Of a DNA stretch of 64,000 bases, positions 26,707-39,852 are shown in pieces. The DNA comes from Octopus vulgaris (taxonomy: Eukaryota). The position numbers and the translations under genes were made by a program. Every line of letters starts with the position of its first letter. Position 1 is the first letter of the stretch. The stretch lies in assembly GCA_951406725.2 (NCBI GenBank), contig OX597815.1:27652001-27716000 (forward strand). Direction: 5' to 3'. Under the pieces are notes generated by a model. That model was not told the DNA's origin, did not search any database, and was given only the letters and a program-made list of their open reading frames with translations.

Positions 26707-28939
26707 TTAATGGTATGAGTCTGTAGAATACTCAGCTACTTAAACATTACACATTAATGAGTTGGTCATTTAGGTAATTGAACCACTGAAGGCTCATCTT
26801 CAAAATATTTTGAGACTCTTTCATATGAAGTAGTAGTACTACTACTACAGTTAATGTTTGTCTTTGTATTAGATATATTGGGCAAGAGGAGAGAATAACA
26901 AAACTCATAGTTTATTCAAGCTTTTCTAAACATTTTCTTTCCTCCATTCTTATCTACAGCCTTGGCTGTGTAGTAAAGAAGTTTGCTTTGCAACCATGTG
27001 GTTTTGAGTTCAGTCCCATTACATGGCGTCTTCTACTGCAGCCTGGGGCTGACCAATGCCTTGCCTTGAAAGTGAATTCAGACGACAAAAACTGTGAAAG
27101 CCCATCATATGTATATACACACGTGTGTGTGCGTGTATATGATTGTCCCTGCCACCAGTGCTGGTATATTTACATCCCTGTAACCTAACAGTTAAGCAAA
27201 AGATCAACAGAATAAGTAGTGGGCTCAATTCGTTCAACTCAACCATTCAAGGCAGTGCCCCAGCATGGCCACCAGTACATCTCGTTTCACACATTAGGTT
27301 TTTTTAGAGTTTCAATTGGGGGAAGCTGGTACATTAAACAGTTAAAATAAGGTTTCATAAAAGTAAACATTCAAAAAGTGTATTTTGAATTACAGGCTGT
27401 ACTGAACTGGCAGGTAAATGAACCTTGGGAAAGTATTTATTCCTAAAAATATTGCTTTAAAACATTATCATGTAGAGGTGCAATGGCCCAGTGGTTAGGG
27501 CAGTGGACTCGCGGTTTTGATTCTCAGACCGGGTGTTGTGAGTGTTTATTGAGCGAAAACACCTAAAACTCCATGAAGCTCCAGCAGAGGGTGGTGGCGA
27601 TCCCTGCTGTACTCTTTTGCCACAACTTTCTCTCGCTCTTTCTTCTGCAGGCCTGCTCTCTTAGCCAGCGGGGGTGGCGTCATTTGAAGGCTAAAACAAT
27701 GCGAAGCGCATTGTGACCAGCGATGTGTAGCAACATCTGATAGCCTGGTCGGTCACGTGATCACGTGATATAATATCATGGAATTTATAATGGGTAGTGG
27801 GCACGTTTTTGTGGCTTACCCTGGATGCAGTTACCCTAGCCATGCCACTGACTGCCACAGTCCAATGACTGAAGAAAGTAAAAGATAAAATTAAACTGAT
27901 TCTGCTGTTTCCATAGTATTAAAACCACATACCTACTGGCTATAACTTGAAGCAACTCATTGGAGGAATTAGTAAAATCTCATGGTGCCTTTGAAGGGCC
28001 AGATGAATGGGACTAAACTTTGAAGAGTTAAGTTTATATATATAATGAAATTATTGTATACAGTGCTCAGGTGCACCACAACTTGTCAGAAAGTACGTAT
28101 AGAGTATATGCAGTAATGTACAAATGTCTGGAAAGCGAACAATGCATGAGTCAGATACATGCTTGTGTGTGTATGGAGGGGAGAAAATCAGGTGTAGTGT
28201 TGGCGAATCTCAGGAAGCATGGAAGTTTTGAAGGATGCAGTGCTCCGACAACTAACAACTGATGCCGGCAGTTTGTTCCATGCTTCAGCAACTTTTATTT
28301 GCGGAGGGCAATGATTAGGTACAAACTAGAATAGATATGCTCTACCAATGATGAGAGATTAATTGCTAACCCTTCAGATTTAGGAGCCTTTTGTTTATAC
28401 ATCATTATTCCTGGAGTATTTTCTAAAGGGCCAGAGGAAAATCTTTTTAATCTATTTTTAATAATCAGCTTTGTTCAGCAACAGAGACTGGAGGAATAAG
28501 TACCAAGCTTCAAAAAAGAAAAATACTGGGGTCCATTCGTTTGACCAAAATTCTTCAAGGTGGTGCTTCATTGTGGGCACAGTCAAATGACAAACAAGAA
28601 ATAAAAAATAGTTTCAATCACTGCTAGTCTGTTCCTTATTCTATTGAATGTCTGACTTAACTTTTTATATAAAGGGACTCAACTCAACACATTCTGCATT
28701 ATTGGCACACATTTTCTTCTCACAGATTTTCATACAAATTTCCAAATGCTGAATTCTAATTAAAGACATTAAGATAACCCAAATCTGTAACAGGACACTT
28801 GCATAGTGGGGGTTGAAACCGGAATCACTGTTGTGAAGCAAAATAAACTGTCTGCTGGATTGTACCTGTAATTCAAAGATTTGGTCTTGTTACATAATGT
28901 CAAACTGTTACAACTTGAGAATTACATTAATGGTATGAG

Positions 28940-29358
28940 TCGGCGAGCTGGCAAAAACGTTAGCATGCCGGGTGAAATGCTCAGCGGTATTTCGTCTGCC
29001 GTTACATTGTGAGTTCAAATTCCGCCGAGGTCGACTTTACCTTTCATCCTTTCGGGGTCGATAAATTAAGTACCAGTTACGCACTGGGGTCAATGTAATT
29101 GACTTAATACCTAATATCTGTCCTTGTTTGTCCCCTCTATGTTTAGCTCCTTGTGGGTAATAAAGAAATAGGTATTTCATCTGTTGCTACATTCTGAGTT
29201 AAAATTCCACCGAAGTCGACTTTGCTCTTCATCCTTTCGGCGTCGATTAAATAAGTACCAGTTATGCACTGGGGTCGATATAATCGACTTAATTCGTTTG
29301 TCTTTCCTTGTTTGTCCTCTCTGTGTTTAGCCCCTTGTGGGTAGTAAAGAAATAGGTA
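28940..29358 (+). mobile_element. SINE family A with a tandem duplication of its 3' part
   Basis: Full copy at 28940-29172 followed directly by a 5'-truncated second copy to about 29358. Confidence 0.85.
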
Positions 29359-30607
29359 TACGTGTCAGTGGAATACTCAGCCACTTAAACATGACACATT
29401 AATGAATTGGTAGATTAGGTGATTGAACAACTGATTGCTCATCTTCGAAATACTTTCTCACCAAGATCTTATGCACATCCTTGATATGGAAAATATAATT
29501 CTTTAACTGTAAGAGAAAGATTAGTCCTAAATCAATGAGAAAGGAATAGAAAATAAATCATTGATTAACAATTGTTTAATCATTACAAGTACTCGTTTCT
29601 TTTCAGGATGAGCATATTGCTAGAATATACTGCAATATATTATCAATACATGTTCTAACATTCTCATCCTGATCATATATAAAGTTGGACACTGAATATT
29701 GCAAAGATTTGTACAGCAACTTCTATTGTAACCAACTCACTGCCTTTGTACCTATTCTTCCATCAAGTTTGTAGATTTCCTCCTTCTAACCTCAGGCTGG
29801 TATTTCATCCTTTAAGTATTCAGATTACTCTGCCAAATGTAATGCTTATTCCCATTGTTTCATAGCTTCCAGATTTAGATTTTTTTTTCTTTTACAATGA
29901 CATTGTAAGGTAGGTGTAACAGGCCAGATCAGGCAAGTTTGAAGATAAAACAATGTTTAGGCCAGATATGTCTAGTAAAAATGTTGAAGGGTTCAACATA
30001 ATAAAAAAGCTTAAGGTAATGTAGGGTACATCATAAAAGTTTAGGGGCAAATTTTACACCTCTTAGGAAACAGCTAATCAAATGAATCTCTGGCTCAACA
30101 TAATCTAGTTAGGGGCCATAATGCAAATTTCATCTTCATGTAGTTAAGCAGTAGACAAAATATTAGAAATCTATAATAAAATTATCGAATCAGTTGCTTT
30201 TATTTCAATTCTATAAACCTAACTAGTTTTATCCTCTTAATCAACAGTTGCACTTCTACCCATTTGTGTAATAGTAACTCCAATGGCCTTCCTTGACTCC
30301 TACATACAATTGTCTACCCTCATTGCAACCCAAATAAATTATGATGTTTGTTATAATATAGCCTTCTGAGGCATTTACTCAATATTTCATAGATGCAACT
30401 CTTTTATTGACTTTCCACATTATGTATTTATCTGGTAACACTTTACTCAAGTTACATTCGCACACAGAAACAACACCATTACACCACTGTGGAAAGATCA
30501 TTTCATTCAAAATTTCAAAAACCATCCAACACACTACTGTAAAAACAAATGTTAAATCAGCTGCAAATTCTAACAGAAAAACAACCCCTTATTAAAGTTA
30601 TATAAAA

Positions 30608-30613
30608 TTTATT
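30608..30613 (-). terminator. Candidate PUF60 polyadenylation signal (AATAAA), implying a ~1.6 kb 3' UTR
   Basis: tttatt on the + strand at the end of a TE-poor stretch below the stop codon, followed on the - strand by U/GU-rich sequence (about 30540-30590). Confidence 0.35.
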
Positions 30614-32230
30614 TACAATTTATATACATAAACAAAATTACACAAGTCAGAAAAATGTAATCTGAAGGTTGAAAGAATGGCTGGCATATTTAAACAATTC
30701 TAAAAAAAGGACGGGAAATGGGAAAAGAAAAAAAGAATAAAAAAAAGATGAATATTTTGTTATGAAAATGGTTGAATATAGTTTTCTTGCTGCCAACATT
30801 GGGGAAATAATTTGTTTCAAAGAAAAGTAGTGTGATTGCTTTCTCAAAAAACAAAACTGTCAACAGAAGATTACTTTTTTTTCTCAAATGAAAATATCTC
30901 AAGAAATGAAAAAGTGGAATGTAACTCATACTTTGTGTGTATGTGGGTGTGATATCATATATATGTATATGTGTATATATATATATATGAAGTGTCAGTA
31001 AGTCAATAATGGAGAAAAGTTATTTTTTGAGTTGTTTAATTAAAGAGAAAGTAGCAGCAGCTGTAGAAAAATGTTGAAGTTTTAGTTATTGCTTCTGAGA
31101 AAATGATTTGTTTAAAAGAAAATTGTTTTTCACAAAAATTGAAGGGAGATTTAAGTGAAGTTTCACCCTTCAAGAGACAGTTTTGGAAATATCAGAAATC
31201 TCTGCCTTAGATTTTCTTGGTTGAAAGATTAAAAAAACCCAAAAGACTTTAATACTGTACATGAGAATTATCCAAATGATTAAGTATGAAAGAGATGTCT
31301 CATTGAATAATAGTGATGAAAGAATTTTAGACACTGCATTAGTAGGAGATAATGAATAAATGCTGCCATTACAATACTGTTTTATATAATGTAGTGATAC
31401 TGCCAATAGTAGATGTCTTAATTGTGGTATTATTGCAGCCATCACTAAAATAATAAGATGGAAGAGTTCATTTGGTTCAAAACATTCAACAATATTTATG
31501 CTATTTATATCTTTAAAATATTTAATAGCATGCTGAATATTAAATCCTGAATTTCATGCGTAAAGCTCCAATAACCTTTGTATGTGGTACAAATATGTAA
31601 CGATACAAATTCCTGTGTAAGTTAAATGAATGTTAGAAATATTGTTATCTAGAAACCATTTCACACCAGACCAGACCAGGTTCAACAGTACACCAAATTT
31701 CGTGTCGACTAATGTCAAATACACTACATTTGATGTTGATACAGGACAAATGATTATAAAAGACACTAATGATGAATGAAGACATGATAATATTATTACA
31801 ATGTGGTATGAATCTAAAAATATAAATGCTATTATTAAAAAAAAAAAAAATGTCAATGAAATGAAGCCTATTTATCTGTATGGATGCAGAGAGATACCCA
31901 AGAATTTACCACTGCCATTAGCGGTAAAATTGTATACTTAAGGTCTACTAAAAATGATTCATCAACAGTTCAAATTTCAGTTTCCAGTACAATAACAGCT
32001 AGGATTATAATGTGAAAATACAATTTGAAGATGACGTAGTTTTAGTCACTAACTTCACTACTGTCAATAAAAAAGGAATTCAGTAGATCTAAAATACTTC
32101 AAAGATAACAATGGCACATGTGGGCAGCATTTGTTACACAGTCACTTCAGTTTCACACATCATTCACATCACTAACAGTAGTTGTTCAAGTCAGCTGGCT
32201 TTTTACTCTGTCCATCTTCAATTAATCATT

Positions 32231-32340
32231 TCATCCTGAGAGATCATTTGCGTCAAACATATCTTGGTCGTACGTTTCAGCTTTGACAATTCGACCACCA
32301 AAATATCTTCCGTTTAGTGAACTGATGGCTAATTCCACTT
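32231..32340 (-). CDS. PUF60: PUF60 last coding exon, UHM part 2 with RxF motif
   Basis: [39 protein letters not shown]; acceptor ttctttcacag. Confidence 0.96.
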
Positions 32341-33301
32341 CTGTGAAAGAAAAAAAGAAAGAAAAAATTAAATCCACAATAAAATGTAAGTAATATGCAG
32401 AGCAGCATTAAAACATCAAAAATACAATTTTTTTTCTTTTTATATAGGGAACACTTGTTTTGCAGAAGAATTCACTCAAATAAGCATCACCATCATTGTC
32501 TTTTAATATCCATTACCATGCTGATATGGATTGGACATGAGGTAGTATTTTGCAATCAGATATCCTTTCTGCCATCAATCAACCTATACCTGTTCATCAA
32601 GTCTCTTTATTCACTTTATTCCAAGGTACAGGACATATTTACAGGAGATGTAAACATAACATCATTGGACCCAGTATCATATAAAGAGAAGTTGAAATAA
32701 ACACCCAAAGGCTTAGCACACTTGTAGACACAGAGATATACAACAGGCTTCTGTACAGTTTCCCACCTACCAATTCTAATCACAAATATACTATGTATAT
32801 CATCATCATTTAACGTCTGTTCTCCATGCTAGCATGCGTTGGACAGTTTGACCAGGACTGGTAAGCTGAGGGGCTGCGCCAGACTCCAGTGTGATTTGGT
32901 AGGGTTTCTATGGCTGGATGTCCTTCCTAATACCAACCACTCCAAGAATATAAAACCAACACAATTTTATTCATACAGAAGACTGCGCCAAGCTCTACTG
33001 TCAGCTATGGTATGTTTCTGCAACTGGATGCCCTTCCTAATGCCAACCATTTACTGAGAGTACTGCTGTTACAGCAGTGAGGTTACCAAGTACCTTGCAG
33101 GGCAAGACCCTTCAACTGAGAAGGGAGTAGCATCAAAGGTGGTGGCTTTGTGCCATGTGATGAGTAGTAAGAATAGAGGTTCACAAAGGTGCAAAGGGCG
33201 AGAAACAGCAAGCAGTGAACCTCAGTGGAAGGAGGAAAGTGTTAGGAAGATGGGTTGTAAGGGAGAGAGTTATTCAACTGTGAATATATAAAAAAAATTA
33301 C

Positions 33302-33491
33302 CTTCTTGCTTAGAAAATTCAACATAAATCTTTACTATTATTTCAGCATCTTCATCTTCACTTTGTTTTTCTTGATAGATTATTACTCGATTGACAACAC
33401 CATATTTTCCACATTCGTCTGTAACTTCTGTTTCTAATTCATCATCCAAATCTTCTGGGCCAACCATATTCCGTAAAACCATCACACGACA
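33302..33491 (-). CDS. PUF60: PUF60 exon, UHM domain part 1
   Basis: [63 protein letters not shown]; cag acceptor, gtaatt donor; 190 nt, phase 0 to 1. Confidence 0.96.
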
Positions 33492-34113
33492 CTGAAGCAA
33501 CAATGAAATCACAATTTCAGATAAAAAAGAAATTAAAACATCTTTACATTTTTGCTTAATTTTATCTCTTTGCATTTTTTTTTTTTTTTATGACAGCATC
33601 ATTTGAATAGTCTGGCAAATCAAAATATATCAATAAATTGAGAAAATGTATGTAATGCTGAATTCTATTCTGAATATCAATAAAGAGAAAGGTCTATTTC
33701 TCAGTTAAATTAACAGAAACAGAATTAGTTTCCTTGACAACTTATGGATCAATAATCTTCATCTTTTCAACCAAAAATCAGGTTACTTTAGTGGTTCGTT
33801 AATTAAGTAGTTAATAAACAAACTAATTTTCTACCATCTCTAAAATTACTTTTACAAAAAGAATTCTTAAGACACCCCCCCCCCAATGGTCACAAAAATA
33901 GAACTCCCATCACCTAGGAACCAGCCCAGACTGACATGATTTTATGTTACTAGATCTGATACAAATGACTTACAATTAATTGGCTCTTTCACTACCATCG
34001 ATTTATTCAGGCAAAGATGAACAAAGATACTTTACAACAAATTTCCTCAGACAATTATTGCTAACCACTCAAGAAATAATAACATTCAACAAATCAACAC
34101 TACTGTAACTTAC

Positions 34114-34334
34114 ATCTGATTTTCGCATTAGTTTCTGCATGACCATGTGTCGTGCGTTACTGCCACTGATTTTCATGTTTTCTTGTTGATCTAATGTCTG
34201 TGATTGTTCTTCTTCCAGTGCTTTCTTCTGCAAAGGATCGATACCTTTGCCAAGTATTCCTAATAAAGCTGATTTTGCTTGATCACTCACACTTTTGCCT
34301 AAGGCCAGATTCATTCCTGGATTAGGTGTAATAC
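34114..34334 (-). CDS. PUF60: PUF60 exon (TLDQQENMKISGSNARHMVMQKLMRKSD)
   Basis: Conserved pre-UHM motif; cag acceptor, gtaagt donor; 221 nt, phase 1 to 0. Confidence 0.92.
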
Positions 34335-35650
34335 CTGCACATAATAAAAAAAATAATTCTTAGATAAACTCCTTTATTTCCAAAACATTTATTGCAATGT
34401 GAAAAGGATATGGATTCAAGTATAATCTGTGAACATGGTTACAATCCCTATGCTGAGATGATTCCTCAGAATTACATTCCAGAATATAATTCTAATTTTC
34501 ATGCATACTATTAAAATTATTTTTTCATATTAATATTATCTCAAGTAGAATTTGTTGAGACAAATGCTCCTAATGAATGTAGATAAAGCATCTACAGTAC
34601 CTAATTTCAACTAAACAGAATGCAGTAAAGCAGAATACTATACTTTGCCTTGACAAATATATTTCATTTCAGATATTTTGTGTGGTAAACTGCAAAGGCA
34701 TGTGCGTACTTAACCAGTGAACCATATCACGTGGTAAATAATAGTAGAGTATGGGTGTGTACATACAACTTAGCCCTCTAGCATTCATATTATTCAATTA
34801 AATCTGATGCTTATATATTCACATTGTTTTGAATTGATCATAGATAATCTTCTCAGCTTCAAGATTTTGATGATGGGATTGTTTATTTCTAAAATGATAC
34901 TGCAGGGTGGGTGTAAGAGGTTGGATTCGGCCAGTTTGAACATAAAATAAGTTGAATATTTGGGCCAGATATGGCTGATTTAACCCTTTTGTTACTGTAT
35001 TTATTTTGAGATGCACTGTTGGTAATGAAAGGGTTAAATGCTAATGGGTTACATAAATTTCTTTTCATGTTTTATGTTTAGTTACATTTTTGTTTTGGAT
35101 TTGCACACACTGTAAAGTGGTTGGCATTAGGAAAAGTAACTAGCCATAGAATAGAAATCATGCCACAACAGACATGCAGTCCTCCAGATGATCGGATCCT
35201 GTTAAAACATCCAACCCATGCTAGCATGGAAGACATTAAACGATGATTTTACTGCTTTACATTCAATTTTTTATGACATTATACACAGGAGGGGTAATTT
35301 TGTTTACATTAAGAAGATATTTGAATAGTGTTGAAGCACAAGTTTTCAACAATAAGATGTTTTTCTTCTTAAATGCTATTTACCAATGTAGCATAATGAA
35401 ACGAGATTCACTACAAAACTTGCAACAGGACTTTTTAACTAAAGCCCATGTGGTGAATTCAACCACTCTATTTCTTAATTACTGGGCAGTAACTCCAAAT
35501 AAGAACTGACTTGGAATGCAATGAACCCATCCAACTCGTACCAATATGGCAAGCAGATGTAAAAATAATGATAATAAATTTTATCAACCCAACAGAAACT
35601 ACATGTTAAATTACAAAATTTCTGCAGACTGGAAAAAACTAATTACTCAC

Positions 35651-35975
35651 CTGCAGCTGCTACTGCTGTTGCTGCCGCAGCTGCTGCGGATGCCTGCATC
35701 TGAGTCTGTGAAGCTGTTAATGGAGCAGCTGCAGGTAGAGGTGCTGGAATAGTAACCATGGATTCAGAACAGAAAAGAGGAGAAGCTGACGCAGCAATAC
35801 CAGTTTGGTTTGTTACAGTTGTTACTTGTGATGTGGCAATACCAGAACTGCTCAAAATGGGACTGGCTGAATCCATCAGAGGTGAGGCAGCTGATGTAGA
35901 TGCACTGGTTGATACTGTAGCTCCAATGTTGTTGTTGGCTCCAAGTGCAGTTGGCATTGCTAGACCAGGTGGTGC
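35651..35975 (-). CDS. PUF60: PUF60 exon, low-complexity Ala/Ser/Thr/Pro linker
   Basis: APPGLAMPTALG...AAAAAATAVAAA; tag acceptor, gtgagt donor; 325 nt, phase 0 to 1, compatible with both neighbours. Confidence 0.85.
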
Positions 35976-37367
35976 CTACACAAGAAGATGAAAGAAAAAA
36001 AGGAATCAATAATTTATCAAATAGAAAATTAGTTTTTGGGGACAGATGCACACATGAGTACAACTCTAAAAACGAAACCCCATTTGACCCAAATCTAGAC
36101 TATATCTGGCATGAGAACTTAGCCAAGTTGCCTGCAATATGCGCTTCATCAGCATCTCTTGCCTCATCTGTTTCCAATTAAACTGCTTCTACAATCTAAA
36201 TTCTATCCATTATGGTGAACTCCAAATTTTGTTTATATGTCCCACTCTTCCCCACTTGCTGTCATGTCTAACAACATACCACTTTCCACTCCACTGTAAC
36301 CCTCTGTGCACATGTATCATCTGCTTTCAACTAGTCCTTTCATGTTACATTTTGAACTACTTCCATGGACATAATTGTTAGAATCCTCTTTCATTTATTT
36401 TCTTCAACAACATCAAAAGTCAATCCCTTCACATGGAAACAGTCTCTTCTACACATGAACAGCTGAAATTTCTTAAGTCACAACAAAAGGTACGCTTCAC
36501 AATTAATGATCTTACACAGCAATTACCAAACAGCATTCAGGCAGTAGATATCAAACTAGGCCTTTGATTTACCAAAGGTCTGTGGATATATAACTTGGTT
36601 AAAATAGCATTGTAAAGACTCTCTTCAAGACCATAACAAAAACCTGTTTGAACCTTGATCAGCACACAAAGTAAAAATTTAAAATATTTTTTTGAGAAAT
36701 GGTAATTTAAAAGTTTTATGAGAAAATTGTAATTGGACATTAATCTAAACATCCACACAATTTTTTGTTCTTGTGGGAGGACATTTAGGTAACATCTGTA
36801 TCCAAATCATGACACTAGCTAACACTACAAGTGCAGTAGCTATCTTAATTGTATTTATGGAAATACCTTTTTGTTTATCGCTTATAATTTACATGCATAA
36901 ATAGTATACTTTTAGTTGTTTGTTTATTCACATTTCAAAGGCTTTTATTGATATCATCATTGTTGTGATTGTGGCTAACTAGCAGGTTATCACTCAAAAA
37001 TATAAAATAGGAAACAAAGCCTTATTGCCCCCTACCACCTCCCCACTACCTCTTTTATCCTCAGTACCCATAAAAAATTTTCTACCATCCCCCAGAAGGT
37101 AGCTAATACTGCCTCCTTTGAAAAGCTTTTCCAATCCTTATTTTTCATAGCTGTTATCCCTTGTAATCCACATCACCACCTATGTTTTGCTTAAATGACA
37201 TCAACCTTCTTAAGTCCAATGTGAGCATCAAGTGCAGCCGTGCCAGGCTTGGAAAGCTTACAAAGGTTTTGGAACGGTCAATTCAATCAACTCTAGTATA
37301 TGATTGGTACTTTATGTTACTGTTGCTGGAGAGAGGATGAAAGCTTAAGTAAAAGCAATATACTCAC

Positions 37368-37514
37368 CAAACTACCACCCATTACACCAACAGCTTGTTG
37401 TTGAGCATCCATTGCTGTGATCTTTGCAGTAACTGCTGCAGCAGCTACAGCTGCAGCAGTTGGCATGCTACTGGGACCTGACGGTGGTTGTAAAGCGTTT
37501 GGTGGAGTCACAGC
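37368..37514 (-). CDS. PUF60: PUF60 exon (AVTPPNAL...PTAAAVAAAAVTAKITAMDA)
   Basis: Conserved AAVAAAAxTAKITA motif; cag acceptor, gtgagt donor; 147 nt, phase 0 to 0. Confidence 0.93.
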
Positions 37515-38482
37515 CTGGAAGGAAGATAAAATTCAGTTAACAATAATCATTGTTAATAAATAATAATAAAGACTGAAAATGAAGGAATAGAGAAAGTAAT
37601 ATAGCAGTATAATGAAGGAAAAATAATTCAATATCTATAAAGCTGAAATGCGAAAAATTTGTTTGTCTCATTTTGGGATGGGAACGGTTTAAGGGCCAGT
37701 AGATGGGGTCGGATTGGCGCCAAAATTTACAGGGGCATGTAAAAAGAGGCAAGGAAGCGACTGGACCAGGTTAGAAACCCCTATCTCAAAAGCTGTGGTT
37801 ACTAGGGCAACAAAACCAGATTTTGGCAAGTGTTTGTCGTTTCTATCTTTCGGATATCACCCTGTCTTCCTCGATCTCTCTCTTTCCTTCTTTCAAAAGA
37901 TTTTCTTTCTCAACTTACTCAAGATCTTTTGCTTTTTATAAATGGGAGAGAGAGAGTGGGAAAGTGAGAGAAAGAAGAGGGAGAATGTGGCGATAAGAAA
38001 AAGAAAGGAAGCAACAGAAAGTAACAACCACACCCTCACCCACACGTAGAGCTAGTTGTATATAAAAACAATGAGAAATTAATTCTCTAGAATAGAAATA
38101 AGGAAAGATTTCTAATATTGTGTAATCCATACAAGCCTTCATTTGATAATTAATATGAAAAGCTTTGTTGAGACTAATATAAAAATACACTATTACTTAA
38201 AAAATATAGCAGTTGTGTTTTATATTTCCAGTAAGTTAATACTTGTCAATATTTCCATAAAACTGAAGTATTACAAAGTTTTATTCATGATACTGTAAAC
38301 GGTTTTCTTTGAGATTTATACAAAGTTAATTCTATGTTATTTGTTGAGAGACATTAAAACAATTTTATACAGTAAAATTTTTTTTAAATATCCTACAATT
38401 CAGACACCAACTATCATTAAATTTGAATTAAATAAGATAAAATAAAAAAAAATAAAAAATTTCTGCAATGCATGATAATTAC

Positions 38483-38585
38483 CTTTCCAACACGTAGATA
38501 TTGACCACCAAGATCAAAGAGATTCATAGATGAAACTGCATCTTCAGAGGCTTGAGGTGTTTCGTATTCTATGAAGCCGTAACTT
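38483..38585 (-). CDS. PUF60: PUF60 exon, RRM2 C-terminal half
   Basis: [34 protein letters not shown]; tag acceptor, gtaatt donor; 103 nt, phase 2 to 0. Confidence 0.94.
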
Positions 38586-39002
38586 CTATAACATAAAAAG
38601 TTAGTCCCAGTTCAAAACGAACAAAAAAACCTTTTGTACAGTGACAAGGGATTTTTATACATAGGTTTACTGCAAGTTTTACTTTTCAAGCTTTAATCAT
38701 AATAAAGAAATTACTAAAATTTAGATTCATAATATTAATTCAAATTATACACTTGTTCTAATTAACATTTTAACAAATCCAATCAATATTTATTTTTATA
38801 GTTTTATGAGCAGATTCTAAATAAGAAAATGTAAGTTCTTGCAGAAAGATTTATTTTCAAATTTGCATTCAAGAATATTTGTTTTCATAGCAAACTTCAA
38901 TGTATTATTCTAAATTCATCCTACTCTAAACTCAACAACATACATTTAACAGGAAATGAAGAAATAAATTTAGAAAAAATATACAAAAGACTTAATGCAT
39001 AC

Positions 39003-39074
39003 TTATGTTTGCCAGGTTTTGTTGGGTCTTGAGAGAGTTTACAAGTCACAATCTTCCCAAATGCCTCAAAGACA
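39003..39074 (-). CDS. PUF60: PUF60 exon, RRM2 middle
   Basis: VFEAFGKIVTCKLSQDPTKPGKHK; tag acceptor, gtatgc donor; 72 nt, phase 2 to 2. Confidence 0.94.
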
Positions 39075-39424
39075 CTAAAAGAAATAAAGGAAAAAATTAA
39101 GAAACATAATTACCATTGTACAATTTAAATTTTTTAAAACAATTTTTATTTAGATGAGGAATGATGATGATTTTGATGAGGTATTTTCAATGTGAAACCT
39201 GATTTATTACTAACACGTAGTTTATCAGTGGCAATGTCGTTAATTGGAAATATAATCTTATAATTCAGAAGATTGCATTGTTAATCACCAACTACCTAAC
39301 TGCTTCATTATCAGAAATGTATCAAATGGGACTAGATTTAGTTTCATTTTTAGCCCATGCTCTGCGAATCCTGTTTTGTAACACCCAGCATATTCAGTCA
39401 TAATGCTGATATTAGCAATATTAA

Positions 39425-39645
39425 CCCTTTCGTTACTGTATTTATTTTCAGATGCTCTGTGTTTCTTCCAATTACTTTAAATATAACAAAGTATTTAGTA
39501 AAATAACTTAGTTATCATTAAGCTAGTTTTAGGAACATAAATTGTGACTAAGGTTTGGTGGAAGATTTTAATTCAGAACTTTTGAAAACCAGACATTTGT
39601 ACTAAAGAGCCAGAGCCGGTTTCAGCCGGGTTGGTAATGAAAGGG
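39425..39645. mobile_element. TTAA piggyBac-type MITE
   Basis: ttaa-ccctttcgttac ... gtaatgaaaggg-ttaa. Confidence 0.85.
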
Positions 39646-39724
39646 TTAATATATTCATTTAAAAATGATGTCTTTGTATAACATCTCAGACAAGTATCTT
39701 CTGATATATATATCAAATACAAAC

Positions 39725-39852
39725 CTTTGTATATCCATCTCTGTCAAATCCTGATGTATGGATGCAATGTAGATTCGGTTAAAATTCTTTGCTTCCTGAG
39801 CAAGCTGTTCAATAATGGGCTGAGCTTGAGGCATGTTGCTTGGTCGACCAAC
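39725..39852 (-). CDS. PUF60: PUF60 exon, RRM1-RRM2 linker and RNP2
   Basis: [43 protein letters not shown]; aag acceptor, gtttgt donor; 128 nt, phase 0 to 2. Confidence 0.94.

Noticed and set aside
32200-32233. Stop-codon readthrough of PUF60
   Set aside because: The TGA is followed by A rather than a CTA-type context, and an in-frame TAA follows two codons later.
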